Assembly: GCA_963575745.1 (NCBI GenBank) | Contig: CAUYUJ010000007.1 | Coordinates: forward strand, 62,001-119,646 | Length of the DNA stretch: 57,646 bases | Reading direction: 5' to 3' | Origin: Prorocentrum cordatum | Taxonomy: Eukaryota | Shown here: positions 12,365 to 25,549 of the stretch, piece after piece | Layout: each line of letters begins with the position of its first letter | Position numbering within the stretch: position 1 is the first letter of the stretch | The notes under the pieces: model-generated | What the model was told of the DNA's origin: nothing | Databases searched by the model: none | Seen by the model: only the letters and a program-made list of their open reading frames with translations | Program-made: the position numbers and the translations under genes

Positions 12365-13116
12365 TGCGGACCAGACTCCTATGCGGATTCCTATGCGGAC
12401 ACCTATGCGGATCACGATGCGCACGGCGGCATTGCCCGGAACGCACTGGGGGGGGAGCGTTACGTCACGGGGGGGGGGCGGGGGCCATTACGCCCGTCAT
12501 GCCCCAAGCAATAAAAAACGGGCTCGACAAAGCATCGGCCACCACAACCACCACAGAGCCAAGCATCCAGAAGGACGCATGGGTAGAAAAGCGCGTGATT
12601 GTCAACCCTTCGGAAATTATGAATAAGAGAAACGGAAAACTGAACGCCTCACGTGAGGCCGAAGCATCGGCCGTCACTGTTTTCAGTGACGGCCAAGCTC
12701 TGAGGGTCCGCTCTCCCCTGCCTATCCCCCTCCTGACCATTCGCGCTCGCGCGGCCCCCATCCGACTTGATGGAGCACTTCACGCCCTCCCCGCGCAGCG
12801 TCTGCGACCTTGCGGCGCAACTGAATAGAGCTGACGACGATGACGACGACGACGACGACGACGACAACGAAGACTATGACGACGACGACGACGACGACGT
12901 AGACGACGACGTAGACGACGACGGCGGCGGCGACAGCGACGACGACGACGACGACGACGACGGCGGTGGCGGCGGCGACGAGGGGGGGTACGACGACGGC
13001 GGGCGGGGGCCCGAGGCTACCTGGAAGCCACGCTCCTGGGAATCCTCAGGGCCCCTGGTAGCCGTCAGAGGCCCTGTATGCACTTGGTTGGACCAAAGAG
13101 GGGGGCGAGGGAGGGG

Positions 13117-13311
13117 GGGGACGAACAATGACATGAACATAAAAACTCGGAGGTCCGCGCGGATTTCTCGGATCCGCGCTGGAGGCCCCCTGGAGGCGCC
13201 TGCAGCGCCGCCCGTGGCGCGCTCCGCACGACAGGGAGGGGGGTCAAGCGAGGATCCAAGAAGTCCGCGCGGACCTCCGAGTTTCCATGTTTATGTCAAT
13301 GTTCGTTTTCC
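13117..13311. mobile_element. MITE family 2, copy 2
   Basis: ACGAACAATGACATGAACATAAAAACTCGGAGGTCCGCGCGGATTTCTCGGATCC ... GGATCCAAGAAGTCCGCGCGGACCTCCGAGTTTCCATGTTTATGTCAATGTTCGTTTTCC|TA. Confidence 0.75.
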
Positions 13312-13362
13312 TAGAAGAGGGGCGGGGGGGGCGCCCTGACCTCATCGCATCGGGGGAAAAAT

Positions 13363-14636
13363 ATCCTGGTGCAGGACTCAGCAATAAGCATCTTCGAGCA
13401 GCGCGAGAGGCAAGCGAGAGGGGGGATGGGGGCCCGCAAAAGGACGGGGGCCATCGGTAGCTCGTGAGCAGTGTGCCGAAATGGGTGGGGAACCGTGTGC
13501 GAACCCTACCACTGGGGTCTTCGGTGGGGCTCCCTGTAGGGGCACGAAATGTGTCAGTGGTGTGCCGAAGCTGGAAGGAACCACATGTGGCCGTGCGGAC
13601 TCTGCCACTGGGGCATTCGGTGGAACTCCCGAGAGGGTCACCAACCGTGTGAGGAGAATGCCGAAATAGGACGGGTAAGCATGCGAACCCTCTCACAGGG
13701 GCCGTCGGTGGATCTTCCCAAAGGGCCACGCAAGGTGTGAGCGGTGTGCCGAGATGGGGCGAGTAATCGTGCGAATTCTGCCACTGCGGTTTTCGGTGGA
13801 ACCCCCTTTGGAGAAACGAAACATGTGAGTGGTGTGCCGATATGGGGTGAGTGACCATGCGAACCCTCCCACAGGGGCCTTCACTAGAGCTTCCTTGGGG
13901 GGGGCACGCAACATGTGATCGGTATGCCGAAATGAGGCGGGTAATCGTGCGAACCCTGCCACTTCGGCGTTTCGATTGGGCTCCCCATGGGGGCACCACA
14001 CGTGTGAGGGCTGTGCAGGACTGGGGCGGGTAACCATGTGAACCCTGCCACTGGGGCATCCCGTAGAGCTCCTAAGGGGGGGGGCACGAAACGTTTGAGC
14101 CCTGTGCCGAAATGGAGTTCCCACTGGGGCGCTTGGATTTCTTCGAAGACCACGGAAAATGTAAAGTGTTTGCCGAAACAAAGCGCGCGATGGGTGTGCC
14201 GACATTGACCGGGGCAGGAAGAAGGAGGAGGGAGGAGGAGGAAGAGGACGAGGGAGGAGGAGGAAGAGGAAGAGGAGGAGGACGAGGACGAGGACGAGGA
14301 GGAGGAGTGCGAAGAAGGAGAGGAGGGAGGAGGAGGGAGGAGGAGGGGAGGAGGGGTGGAGGAGAGGAGGGGAACAGGAGGAGGAGGAGGAGGGACAAGG
14401 ACTAGAAGGAGGAAGGGGGGAGGAGGACGAGGACGAGGAGGAGAAGGAGGGGGAAGAAGGAAAGGGGAAGGGGGAGGAGGAGGATGACTAGGAGGAGGTG
14501 GAGGAGGAGGAGGGGGAGGCGGAGGAGGAGGAGGAGGAGGAGGAGGAGGAGGAGGAGGAGGAAGGGGGAGGGGGAAGGAACGAGACGCTTGGCGCTGCGG
14601 AGTGGCAACGAGGACCCAACACAAAATAGAAGTGGG
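13363..14636 (-). mobile_element. Helentron-like element with diverged 90-bp tandem array and GGA tract
   Basis: Degenerate termini ATCCTGGTGCAGGACTCAGCAATAAGCA and ACGAGGACCCAACACAAAATAGAAGTGGG bracket ~8 diverged satellite units. Confidence 0.55.
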
Positions 14637-15299
14637 AACAGGACATCAGATGTCTGGGGACGCCTCCGAAGTCCAGGCGCCGAATTCCGCCCTTTGCGCG
14701 CCCAGCTTCGAGTCCTGGGGCTCTCACGGATCGATGAAGCTCTAGGAAGACAAGGACAAGGACACCCACATAACGGGGCACAACGTGCGAGCACCTACTC
14801 AGGCGACCTACGCTCCACAGTCAAAATCCCCTGCGATTTGTTGTACCACAGCCCTGTCCTCTCACTAGGGCCGGAAAGGGGCATACCACGTAGCTCAAAG
14901 ACCGAGCTCCGAAGTGGCCCCGCAAGATAGGCTCGCCACCTTACATCGCGAACCCTTTCGGGCCAGCGCGGGACGAGCGGCTGCTTCCGCGCGCCCTAGG
15001 GGAGGGGACGCGCGGGCTTAAAAGGGCGCCCAAGCCAGAGGGGGAGGAAACGACGACACAACCTCAAAAGGAAGAGAGGAGGGAAAGACGGAAGGCCCGA
15101 GACCCCAGACTGTTGCTGGGGGGGCTGAATAGTCTACAGTTTGAATTTCGTGCTCCCCTCTCCCACTCGGCTCATTTCTCGGTCGTTCCGAAAGAGTCCC
15201 ATGTATCGTCACATCTGTACTCCGGTACTCTGTTGAAGTAACCATCGCCCCCCCTCGAAGTGCATCCGAGGTGGAGCATACTGTGAGTCACGGTACGAG

Positions 15300-18200
15300 A
15301 TAGGGCCAATGAGGAGCACACTGGCGGGCTTCCTGGCGATCACTCTCTTTTCCCTTCGACACCCTGCAGTAGTGTACATGCCGGTACTCAAAAAAACACC
15401 CAATTGCGATGGCGACGCAGGCGCTGTTGCGCCCACATTGGCTGCCCTGAGTTGCACTCCGAGAAACCTCGCGAATGCCCCCCCTGACTGTCTGCGGGCA
15501 CGGCCGGCTCATCTGGTCCTACCATCTGCTTCTGCCCAGCTCATCCTGCCACCTGCCATTCCTCTCACAAGTAATGTCACCGCACTGTCGAGTGCATTCA
15601 AGCGGCGTTCTTCCAGCACGAATTCCGCCAAGCCGCTCGGGCAAGCTCCCGCGCACACGCCTGGAACACATCCCCCTTTTTTATGTTCTTTTTTGTATAT
15701 GATGACAGAAGCAACCAAATTGTCTGCAGGCCAACTGCATGGCCTCGCACCTCCTCTTTATCTCTTCAACATATCCATGGTGTCCTGGCAGGCAAGGCCC
15801 CAATACTCGCATCCTCCTCACCGACGCGCCCTTGATCTTCTTCTCTCTCTGCAGCTGCCTCGCGGTTCCATCCCGCCCTGGCCCTCGAAGAGCCACCAGG
15901 TGGCTGGGCCCAGACCCCACCCCACCCTCTCCAGCCGGCTCTCTAGGCGCTGCGCGGTGGCATTGGTCTGCTCCGCAACTCTTGTCGCACGGGCCCTTGG
16001 GCGATACGAGATAACCTCGCTTCCGCCAGGGGCCGATTGGGACTGGGAGCCCCGACGAGCCGAGAAGTCCCCGCTTTCGCCCAGCCCCAACTGGTGCTCC
16101 GAGAATATCTCGCTAACTCCAGTCTCCAGAGGGATTCGCCCAGACGAGACCACTGCGCGGCTCTTGGCGATGTCGTTCATGAACGCGTTGAGCGAGAGTT
16201 CGCGCTCTTGTTCGTTGACGGGGTCCACTGTATCATGCATGACCTAAATATCGCCCCTCTCTCTTGCCTCCTGGTGTCATTGCCCCACGCAAAGGTTGCA
16301 GGTGTCATTGAACTGCCACGGGCGCAAGGGCATCCCATGTACGCGCCACTCGTAGTCCTTGCACGCAGCAGCCAGTCATCTGCGATTTGCATACTCATTG
16401 ACGCGCAGCGTAGCACCTCGACTGCAAATTGCCGGCCCTCCTCTTCCCACGCGGGGGGCACCGATGCCAGCAGGGGGGTGCGTTTCGTGCTCGCGATGGT
16501 GTTCGCGCAGTCGTTGTTGCTGGCGATAGCGCTAACCCCTGCTTGCCCTGTTCTCCAGCGCATAGCTTCGACGCAGATATTCGCGTTCTCTCTGGTTCTA
16601 TTTCTAAGCCCACACACACACACACACACCACCACCACCACCACCACCACCCACCCCACCCACAGCCCACACCCCCTGCGCCCAGCATGGGCGATTCGAT
16701 GCCTCGCCTCTGCGATGGATACCTCTGCGAGAATCAATTCCCATTGTGACTCTTGTCCTTCAACCCCCATTCTTCTGATTGCCTTTATCCGCTGAAAAAG
16801 GAACTAGGTCTGCGCCAATCCAACGCAGTGGCTTGAGATTGGCGACGCCCGATACGGATGTCCCCCAGGTTGCCCCTACACTTCATGCTCGCTTCTTTCT
16901 CCAACGCCGACGCGCCCAGCCCAGTTTTCTCGCATCTCCCCAAGTGGTGCGCTTTCTTGTCCGCCTAGTGCTTCACCATCGTCGTCTGTCTGCCCTGCCC
17001 AACGCCCTGCCCGATGCCCAACCCATCCTCTGTAAAATAAACCTTCCCACTCTGTACTTGTAGAGCGAGCTGCACTTGCCCGAGTCCTCCTCGTCGTCTC
17101 GCTTCTCCGCCGCTCGCACTTGCTGCCCACCCAGCTTCCACCGGCACCCCCCATGGGGGGGCGGCCCTCCTCTTTGCCGCGCCCCAGCAGCACATCAACA
17201 TGTCTCTCTTGTCCCTCTCCACATGCGCTTCCAACATCATAACCAGCGGGGGCGGCATTTTCTCTGCTATCATCTCGCCATGCCCCGCCCCGTACTCCCC
17301 CTGGCCCATCGGCTCGGCTGCCAGCCGCCCTCGCGGGGGCGCTTGCCCAGTTACTGGGGCCATTCCTCTGTACTCCACCAAATCCGCGCTGAGAAAGAAT
17401 ACATCCTCTTTGCCCCCCCCCCCACCCCACCCCACCCCACATTCCTCTGATATTCCGCTCTGAGCTTGTCCATATTGCTGAAGGTGTTGTTCTCGCATGC
17501 TCACGAAATCTCATGTCTGCATATTTGGTATTGCCTTTGTCGGGTCTGTCCTGTGTTTGCGCGGCAAAATCTGCATCTGCGCCAGCTCCTTTCTGGCCCC
17601 CATCCAGTTTCTCCCGCGCGTCAGACTCTACCACGCCCACTCTTAACTTCATCCTTTGTGCCAGCAGGGAGCGACGTAACAACTGGGAAGCGCCCCCCCC
17701 CCCCCCCCCCCCCCTCGTTCTCCTGCTTCTCCTTGATCGGGAATACTTCCTCCATGGCATTCCTACCCGACTCACTCCACTCCTGCCACATCTGATCTGC
17801 CAGCGGGCGCTCTTGCGGCTCTCCCCATTCTTCTTCTGCCGCATGCCCCCCCCATGAGTTGCATTCCGAGAGAACCTCGCAAATGCTTCCCCTGGGCTTC
17901 GGCAGGTACATCCTGGGCTGCACTCCGGGAAAACCTCGCCAATGCATCTCCATGGAGAACTGAAGTGAAGGAACAGCCTGGGTGGCATTCCGAGAGAACC
18001 TCGCTAATGCTCCTCCTGGCTGCTGCGACTGGGCGACCTGCTAGCGGCGGTCGAACGCGCTTTAGAATTCCGCCATCAGGCGACCTTCCCCGGGCATTCC
18101 ATCCGCACGTTGCGGCCCACTTACTTGCTGCTCTTTGCTGCCAGTGCCTGCCCGAGAAATGAAATTGATGCTCCAGTCCAATATCCAAGCCCAGAGGGAT

Positions 18201-19014
18201 GTGGCCTCTGCGCCCTCTCGTTTTGATATTCTGCGGTTTTTTGTTGCAACTCCTCTCAATGCTGCGCCCCTGCGCACATGGGGCAGGGCCCCCGACGGCA
18301 TCGCTACGTGGTCCATCTTGCTCGCCATCATCTTCTCATTTTTCACGCAGTAGCAGGTAGGCCCACAATCGATGAACGTCGTGACCACTGTCAATAGGCT
18401 GCGCACGCAAAATTCTCTGAATGCTGCAGCGCGGTCATTTTCCACTCCCTTGACCACTGGTCCCAATGTTGTTGCATGTTTGCCCGAACTGTGTCCGCTG
18501 ACCACCACATCCCTGCTGTCAGACCTGTGCATTCCCAGCAGGCTGTTGGCATCTCCTCCCACAATGATAATAAATCTGCCACCAGCGTCGTCGCACTTCT
18601 CCTCTGCCCACTTCATACTTTTCGAAAATGAAACCATTGTTTGTGCACCATCTCTGGCGGTAACTATGGTGCGAAGATTGTGACGTCTCATGCTCTCGTC
18701 CGCAGTCTGATCCCCGCCGTTCTACCTTGCAGCTGGGCAGGGGGTCAGTACTGTGCGAGGAAGGCCTTGTCTTTCATCATCTCGTTGGATACCAGGAACG
18801 CCCTACCACATGAGTTGGTTCTCCACTGTCCCTTCCTTGCCCCGAACTGCGATGCCGTATGATATCTGCGACTCGTTTTCTTCATCGGCTCTGGTCCGCC
18901 CCACTGGTGAGCCCCTGCCAATACAATCACATCCCACTCTCGTAGTGCACTGCTTATTTCTTCCGGTCTTTCTGTGGTCTTCGCCGCCAGCTGATTGAAG
19001 AATACCAGCTTCAT
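15300..19014 (-). mobile_element. Decayed non-LTR retrotransposon (LINE) ORF2: APE-type endonuclease plus reverse transcriptase, with multiple frameshifts, stops and insertions
   Basis: EEP motifs in order: MKLVFFNQLAAK...WDVIVLAG, IIVGGDANS, ENDRAAAFREFC...VTTF, SKMDHV (18200-19014). RT-like motifs downstream: DKGNQKNG..R, NNDCANTIAS (D..NAF.S-like), SGAYMG...PATF, LNAFMNDIAK (FADD-like; 16160-16800). The 3' boundary is approximate. Confidence 0.7.
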
Positions 19015-19989
19015 CAACGCAAATATCGAGAGCACTGCAATCGCCATCCACCTGACATGCCCCCCATAGCTCCCTCTCTGGCCCGTGCGATTGCGTGGCG
19101 GTCGTCGTGTGAGAAGAAGTTCAGCAACTCCTGTTTCCGTCGGTTCTCAAAGCGCCTGAGCCTTCAACGCCGACTCCCTAGGAGGAGGAGGAGGAGGAGG
19201 AGGAGGAGGAGGAGGAGGAGGATTAAGCTCTACCAGAAAGACACGGTCGACGTTCCCATTCCATTCGCAACGTCCCACGATGTGGTAACTTGCTGCCCCA
19301 AATCGGGTTTCAGGGGCCGCCCGTGTGGAGACAAGCTTGACCCAGCTAACCCAGGTCAGCCAGGGCCGACTCTGGCCAGCGAACCAAACATCCGAGAAAC
19401 CGCGATACGGAAAATCACGATGTCGGTCCCGTTCCTCCCCCTCCTTCTCGAAGCTCGAAGCTTACCGCTGGTCTGTCACGCAGTGACTGGAGCAGTTGCC
19501 TGCCCTGGGCGATCGCCCAGGGCAGCACGCAAGCTCATTAGGCAGCTGTTCAATTCGCCGACCCCGTCGGTGTTTGAAAGACTCTGGCGTTCTCGCCTCT
19601 TCCACTTCCCGCCGCTCCTAGACGGCACAAAGGGCCCCCAAGGTCGCCCCAAGACGGCCAAAGATCCTCCAAGAGAGCCCAAAAACAGCCCAAGAGGACC
19701 CCAAGACAAACCAAAAAGCCTCCAAGACGACCCAAGAGGCCCCCAAGACGGCTCCACGAGCGTGCCCAGACGGGGGACCCGAACGAACATTTTGACCCCT
19801 CGCCCCCGAGAAACTCTCAGTAAGCCCGAAGAGGCCTTCAAGACGCCCCCGAGAAGCCCTCAAGAAGCCCCCAAGAAGCCCCCAAGAGGCTCCCAAGAGG
19901 CTTCCGAGAGGCCCCTAAATTCCTCCGCAGAGACCCCTGAGAGCCGTCTGGAGTGACCACAAGAAGCATCGCTGACGACTTTGGCCCAC

Positions 19990-20296
<307 letters not shown>

Positions 20297-20489
20297 CGTC
20301 TCCTTTTCAGGGTCGGCGGCACCGGCCGTAAGGCCTTCGACATAGGTTTGAGATAAAGTAAGTTGACTCCTCCTCCTCCTCCTCCACCTCCTCCACCTCC
20401 TTCTCCTCCTCCTCCCCCTCCTCCTCCTCATCCTCATCCTCCTTCACTGCTTCCCCTTACAAGAGCTCCTCCCTGCCGCACCCCCAGAC

Positions 20490-21110
20490 GTGTCCGTAGG
20501 GCAGGCCAAATACTTCGCCTGAGACTTCTTCGCCACGCATGCTCCCGGAGCGTGAAGTTGGTGACAGCTTCACAGATGGCGGCCGGGTCGCTTTCAAAAT
20601 GTGCCTCTCGCCATAGCTCCGCGCACAATTCGCCCGAAAAGTTCGCAACAGTTTCACGGAGGGAGGACGGGTCGTTTTCAAAATGTGAGTCTTGCCACAG
20701 CGCCGCGCATGTTCATTCTGCAAGTTCGCAACAGGTTGAATGCTAGAGGGCGGTTCCTTTCAAAATGTGGCCCTCGCCTAGGCGCCGCACACGTTCGTCT
20801 GAAAGGCTTGCAACAGTTGGAAGGATCCGTATGGTCGAAGTCGAAGGATTGCTGTTTATGGAACGATTTACGATTGTCGGGGCGCTTCGCTTTTTCGCAC
20901 GATTTAGGATTGTCGGGCGTTCATCCGCGGCTTTGAAGTCCCAGGAGCAGTGCTTTGGCACGATTGGGGATTATCAGACAATTGTCACCGAGCCGGGGAC
21001 TTCCCGCAATGAAAATACCCTCGGAGGAACCTATGAAGAGGAAACTTGGACGGAGGGTTTATTGCAACATCGCTGGCAAGTCTTAACTTTGCATTGGTAC
21101 TCGCCCTCCT
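20490..21110 (+). repeat. Dispersed repeat with ~83-bp tandem subunits, homologous to ~53870-54490
   Basis: Unit ...GCAACAGCTTCAC(A/G)GATGG...TTTCAAAATGTGGCTCTCGCC..AGCTCCGCGCACA. Both copies continue into a shared ACTTCCC..A.TGAAAA...ATTGC.ACATCG...TTTGCA.TGGT.CTC tail. Confidence 0.7.
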
Positions 21111-22414
21111 CGCCCTCGTCATCCCTCCTCCTCCTCCTACGCGTCATCCTCTTCCTCTTAGTTGTCTTATTAATAGTAGAATTGCGAACAATGGTAATAG
21201 TATAAGTATGATTGTTGTTCGCACTATTTGTACTGATTTTCTACTATTAATAGTAGCAGTATTGTTCATAGTAATCTGATTTTGCTCAAGTTAATACTAC
21301 CAGTACTGTTGTTGCAAAATGTTGTTGGTAGTACTCGTCCTCCTCCTGCTCCTCCTCCTCCTAATCCTCCTCTGCCTCCTCCTCCGTATCCTCCTCCGCC
21401 TCCACCTCCGCCTCCGCCTCCGCCTCCTCCTCCCCCCAGCCCTCCCTCCCTCCACGCCCCTCCCCTCCCCTCCCCTCCCTTCCTCCCTCCCTCCCTCCCT
21501 CCCTCTCCCCCTCCCTCCTCATCCCTCTCCTCTCCTCCCTCTCCTCCCTCCTCCTCTCCTCCTCCTCCTCCTCCTCCTCCTCCTCTCCTCCTCCGCCTCC
21601 TCCTCCTCCTCCTCCTCCTCCTCCCTCCTCCTCGTCTCCTCCTCCGCCTCCGCCTCCGCCACCGCCTCCGCTTCCGCCTCCGCCTCCTCTTTCTCCTCGT
21701 CCTCCTCCTCCTCCTCCTCCTCCTCCTCCCCTCCTCCTCCTCCTCCTCCTCCTCCTCCTCCTCCTCCTCCTCCGCCTCCTCCTCCTCCTCCGCCTCCGCC
21801 TCCGCCTCCGCTTCCGCCTCTTTCCTCTTTCTCCTCCTCCTCGTCCTCCTCCTCGTCCTCCTCCTCCTCCTCCTCCTCCTCTTCCTCTCTTCCTCCTCTT
21901 CCTCCTCCTCCTCCTCCTCCTCTTCCTCCTCCTCCTCCTCCTCCTCCTCCCCCTTTTTTTCTTGCGCTAGGCAAACATAAGCGACGCGGCTGTTGCGTTC
22001 GTTATGTGCCAAGAGTGACTTCTCCTCGTCCTCCTCGTCCTCCTCCTCCCACCTCCCCTCCCCCCCGCAAGGGATTTAGTTTTTTCGGGTCATACCTCCA
22101 GTATCCGACGGCCTTTCGGGACGATTCGGGCACCCCTGAACACTCTCGGCGAGGCGCGGCTGCTGGAAAACACCGAGGCTGGAGGGCCTCCTGCTCCTGG
22201 ACCCTGTGAAACACTTCAAAAAACCTCGAACCTCCCACCCACCCCGCGGGCACAGAAAACTAGGAGAAAGGCGAGAAGCAGGCGTGGATCCGAGCTGCTG
22301 TTCCAAGCCCTGTCCCCCGAAGGTGGCCCCCGAGACCGCCAGCAGGCCCCTCAGGGGCCCCTCAGGAGGCCCCCGCAGGCCCCCAGAAACACCACCGAGG
22401 GGTCCCACGAGTTA

Positions 22415-22495
22415 GGTCGGGCGTGTCCCCCTACAGACCTAATTTTGGACGACAAATAGAAAACAGTCAAAACATGTCAAACAAATGTGTGTATA

Positions 22496-22533
<38 letters not shown>

Positions 22534-22640
22534 AGCCCCCCCCCCCAAAAAAAAAACAACAACAAAAAACGTAACATCGTCCCCTGACTATTTTTTTGAC
22601 AAAAATTGAATGTTCCTCCTGTAGAGGGACGTGCCCGACC
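22415..22640. mobile_element. MITE family 1, copy B (clearest)
   Basis: TA|GGTCGGGCGTGTCCCCCTACAG ... CTGTAGAGGGACGTGCCCGACC|TA: 22-bp imperfect TIR with TA on both sides and an internal (TA)n tract. Confidence 0.8.
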
Positions 22641-22759
22641 TAACCCAAGAGGCCCCCAGAGAGGCTTCAAAGTGCAGCTGCGATGCTCCCACGAGAGGCC
22701 AGACCCCAACGAGCCTCCCAACAAGGCCTCCTGTCCCCGACCCAGCCTGGCCGAAGGCC

Positions 22760-22930
22760 ACTACAGTGGAGGCTAGTCCACCAGAAACCTTCCACAAGAA
22801 ACCCAACCCTGAGATCCCAGGACGTCCATGTGGTTTTGGCCTGGGAACGTCACGCTCTCCATCGCAAAACCATCGAAACCCAAGAAACCCAGGGCACCCT
22901 AGAGGCAAACAGAGTGCTTCTTGGCATGGG
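22760..22930 (+). repeat. Dispersed repeat, homologous to 49030-49370 (that copy interrupted by MITE 1 copy F)
   Basis: Shared GAAACCTTCCACAAGAAACCCAACCCTGAG...TGGGAACGTCACGCTCTCCATCGCAAA.CCATCGAAACCCAAGAA.CCCAG.GCACCCT. Confidence 0.85.
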
Positions 22931-23883
22931 TTCCCACTGTAAAAACCATACAGCAGTGCGGGCCGGCGGGATGAGCGAAGCGACTGATTATGAGGAAGAA
23001 GGCAAGGACAAAGGCCTGGATTTCAAAAAAATGTGTTCAACAAAAAAATGCGTTCCCTCCCCGAAGATGTTTTCAAAGAAATGCTTTCAGGAAAAAGGCC
23101 TGGATTCCTCCCCGAAGATGCTTTCAAAAAAGTGCCGATCCCCCCGCTCGAACGCGCGCCGGCCTCCCGGCTTCACAGGTGCCCCTCCCTCCCCCTCCCC
23201 TCCCCTCCCCCCCTCCCCTCCCTTGCCTTCCCTCCCCTTTCCTCCCTCCCCTCCTTCCTCCCCTCCCCTGCCTTCTCTCCCCTCCCCTGCCTTCCTCCTT
23301 CCCCCCCTTTCCTCCCTCCCCTGCCTTCCCCTCCCCTCCCTGCCTTCCCTCCCCTTTCCTCCCCTCCCCTCCCCTCCCCTCCCCTCCCCTGCCTTCCCCT
23401 CCCTCCCGCAGGATTCCCCGCGACCGCAGCCACAGGGCGGCGCGCTGCGCGTCGTCGTCGGTGCCGAAGGCCACGAACGCCTGAGGTGCGGGTGGCGGCG
23501 GATGGTCGGGGGCTGCCAAGGGTGTCCCTGGCCCAAGGTGTCGCCAGCTTTTCGCGCCATTTTGGACCCCCTGGGGCCCTCGGGGCCTCGTGAGGGGTGC
23601 TCTGGAGGCTGTGGGGGCCTCCTTGGAAATCCTGGGGACACCTGGGGGAGGAGGAGGAGGAGGAGGAGGAGGAGGAGGAGGAGGAGGCGGAGGAGGAGGA
23701 GGACGAGAAGGAGGACGAGGAGGAGGAGGAGGAGCTAGGAACACCTCTGGCAGCACCAGGACTGGGGGGAGTGGCGGCGAGCGAGACCGAGCCCACCCTC
23801 CCAGGCCTCCCAGACCTCCGACGTCCTCTGACCTCCTCGCCTCTTAAAACAAATCACGACGAACGGTGTCTGACACCCGTTTC

Positions 23884-24290
23884 AAACAAACGGACAAACA
23901 AACTAACAAACAAACTAACATGCAAACAACCAAACAGACAGCCAGGCAGACAGTCAAACAAACAAACAAGCAAACAAACAACCAAACAACCAAACAACCG
24001 ACAAACCAACCAACCAACCACTCAGACAAACAATCAACCAAACAAGCAAGCAAGCAGGCAATCAAACAGACTGATTAGCTTATCAACTAGCTCGCACGCT
24101 GGCAAACTAACGATATACCAAACTAATATAACAACAAACTAACAAACAAACAAGCTTACTGCTTAACTAACTAAACAGCCAACTGACTAACTAGCTAGCT
24201 AACGAACTAACTTGCTAACTAACTAATAAACTACTTAACTAGCAATCCAGCGAGCAAGCGGGCAAGCAAGCAACACACACACACACACAC
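23884..24290. repeat. Degenerate (AAAC/CAAC/CTAA)n tetranucleotide tract ending in (CA)n
   Basis: Direct reading. Confidence 0.9.
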
Positions 24291-25505
24291 TCCTGACCAG
24301 GGACCCAACCACAGGCAGTCGCGATCACACTCGTTGTGAGTATCGCCTTTTTGTGGCCAAGAAGCGTGCGAAGGGTGTGCCGAAATGGGGCGGGGCGGCC
24401 ATGCGGGCGCTGCCACTGGGGCTCTCTATTGGGCCACGAAGCGTGCAATGGGTGAGCCGAAATGGTGCGCCGCCATGCGGGCGCTGTCACTGGGGCATTC
24501 GGCGGAGCTCCCTACGGGGCCCCAAAACGTATGAAGGGTGTGCCGAAATGGGTAGATCGACCACATGTAGACACCGCCGCTGGGGCCTTCGGTGGAGATC
24601 CCTTCGCGGCCACGAAACGTGTGAGGGATGTACCGAAAAGGGTAGGGCGGCCGCCTATGGTCACCGCCACCAGGGTATTCGGTAGAGCTCCCTATGGGGC
24701 CACGAAACGTGTGAAGGGTGTGCCGAAACGGGCATGACGCCCACACGGGGACGCCGCCGTTGGGGCATCAGGTGGAGCTCCCTGTGCGGTCACGAAACAT
24801 GTGAGGGGTGTGCCAAAACAGGCGGCCGCCTGTGGACACCGCCACTGGGGCTTTCGGTGTTGCTCCTTGTGGGGCCACGAGACGTGTGAGGGTGGTACCG
24901 AAACGGGCGTGACGCCCACATGCGCACGTCGTCACGGGGGCCGCAGGTGGGGCTCCCTATGGGGCCACGAAACGTGTGAGGGGTGTGCCGACCCAGGCGT
25001 GACGCCTACATGCGAACCCTGCCACTGGAACTTTAGATGGAGCCCCGTACGGGGCCACGAAGCGTGTGAGGGGTGTGCCGACACGGGCGTGACGCCCACA
25101 TGCGAAAATCGCCACTGGGGCCTCAGGCGGAGCTCCCTGTGCGGCCACGAGCCCCGCGAGGCGTGTGCCAGAACGGGCGTGGCGGCCGCACGGGGGCGCG
25201 GCCACCTGGTGCATTGGGTGAAGCTCCACCTGGGGCCACGCAACGTGCGATGGGTGTGCCAAAATCGGCGTGGCGCTGGGTCCTCAGGTCCAGCTCCCTA
25301 TGGGGGCCACGAAACGTGTGGGCGTGGCGCCCACGTGCGAACGTCGCTACTGGGGCCTTCAGCGGAGCCCCTTAGGGGGTGACGAAACCGACATGGTTGA
25401 CATGGGGAGGGCAGAGGCATGGATGACAGATCTGGGAGGAGGGAGGGGAGAGAGAAGACGCGGGGCGCTCTCTCTTCAAAACGATGGCACCATTCCACAG
25501 ACGAT
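24291..25505 (-). mobile_element. Helentron-like element with ~11 units of the 90-bp repeat
   Basis: Terminus TCCTGACCAGGGACCCAACCACAGGCAG; units 90 bp apart (CACGAAACGT at 24611 and 24701); degenerate opposite end ACGCGGGGCGCTCTCTCTTCAAAACGA. Confidence 0.6.
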
Positions 25506-25549
25506 CACTGTCTCTTCAAAACGATCGCTCCCTAGGGAAACAAACACGA

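Noticed and set aside
15309..16795. 312-aa and 252-aa plus-strand ORFs
   Set aside because: Antisense to the decayed LINE RT; the recognisable motifs are on the minus strand.
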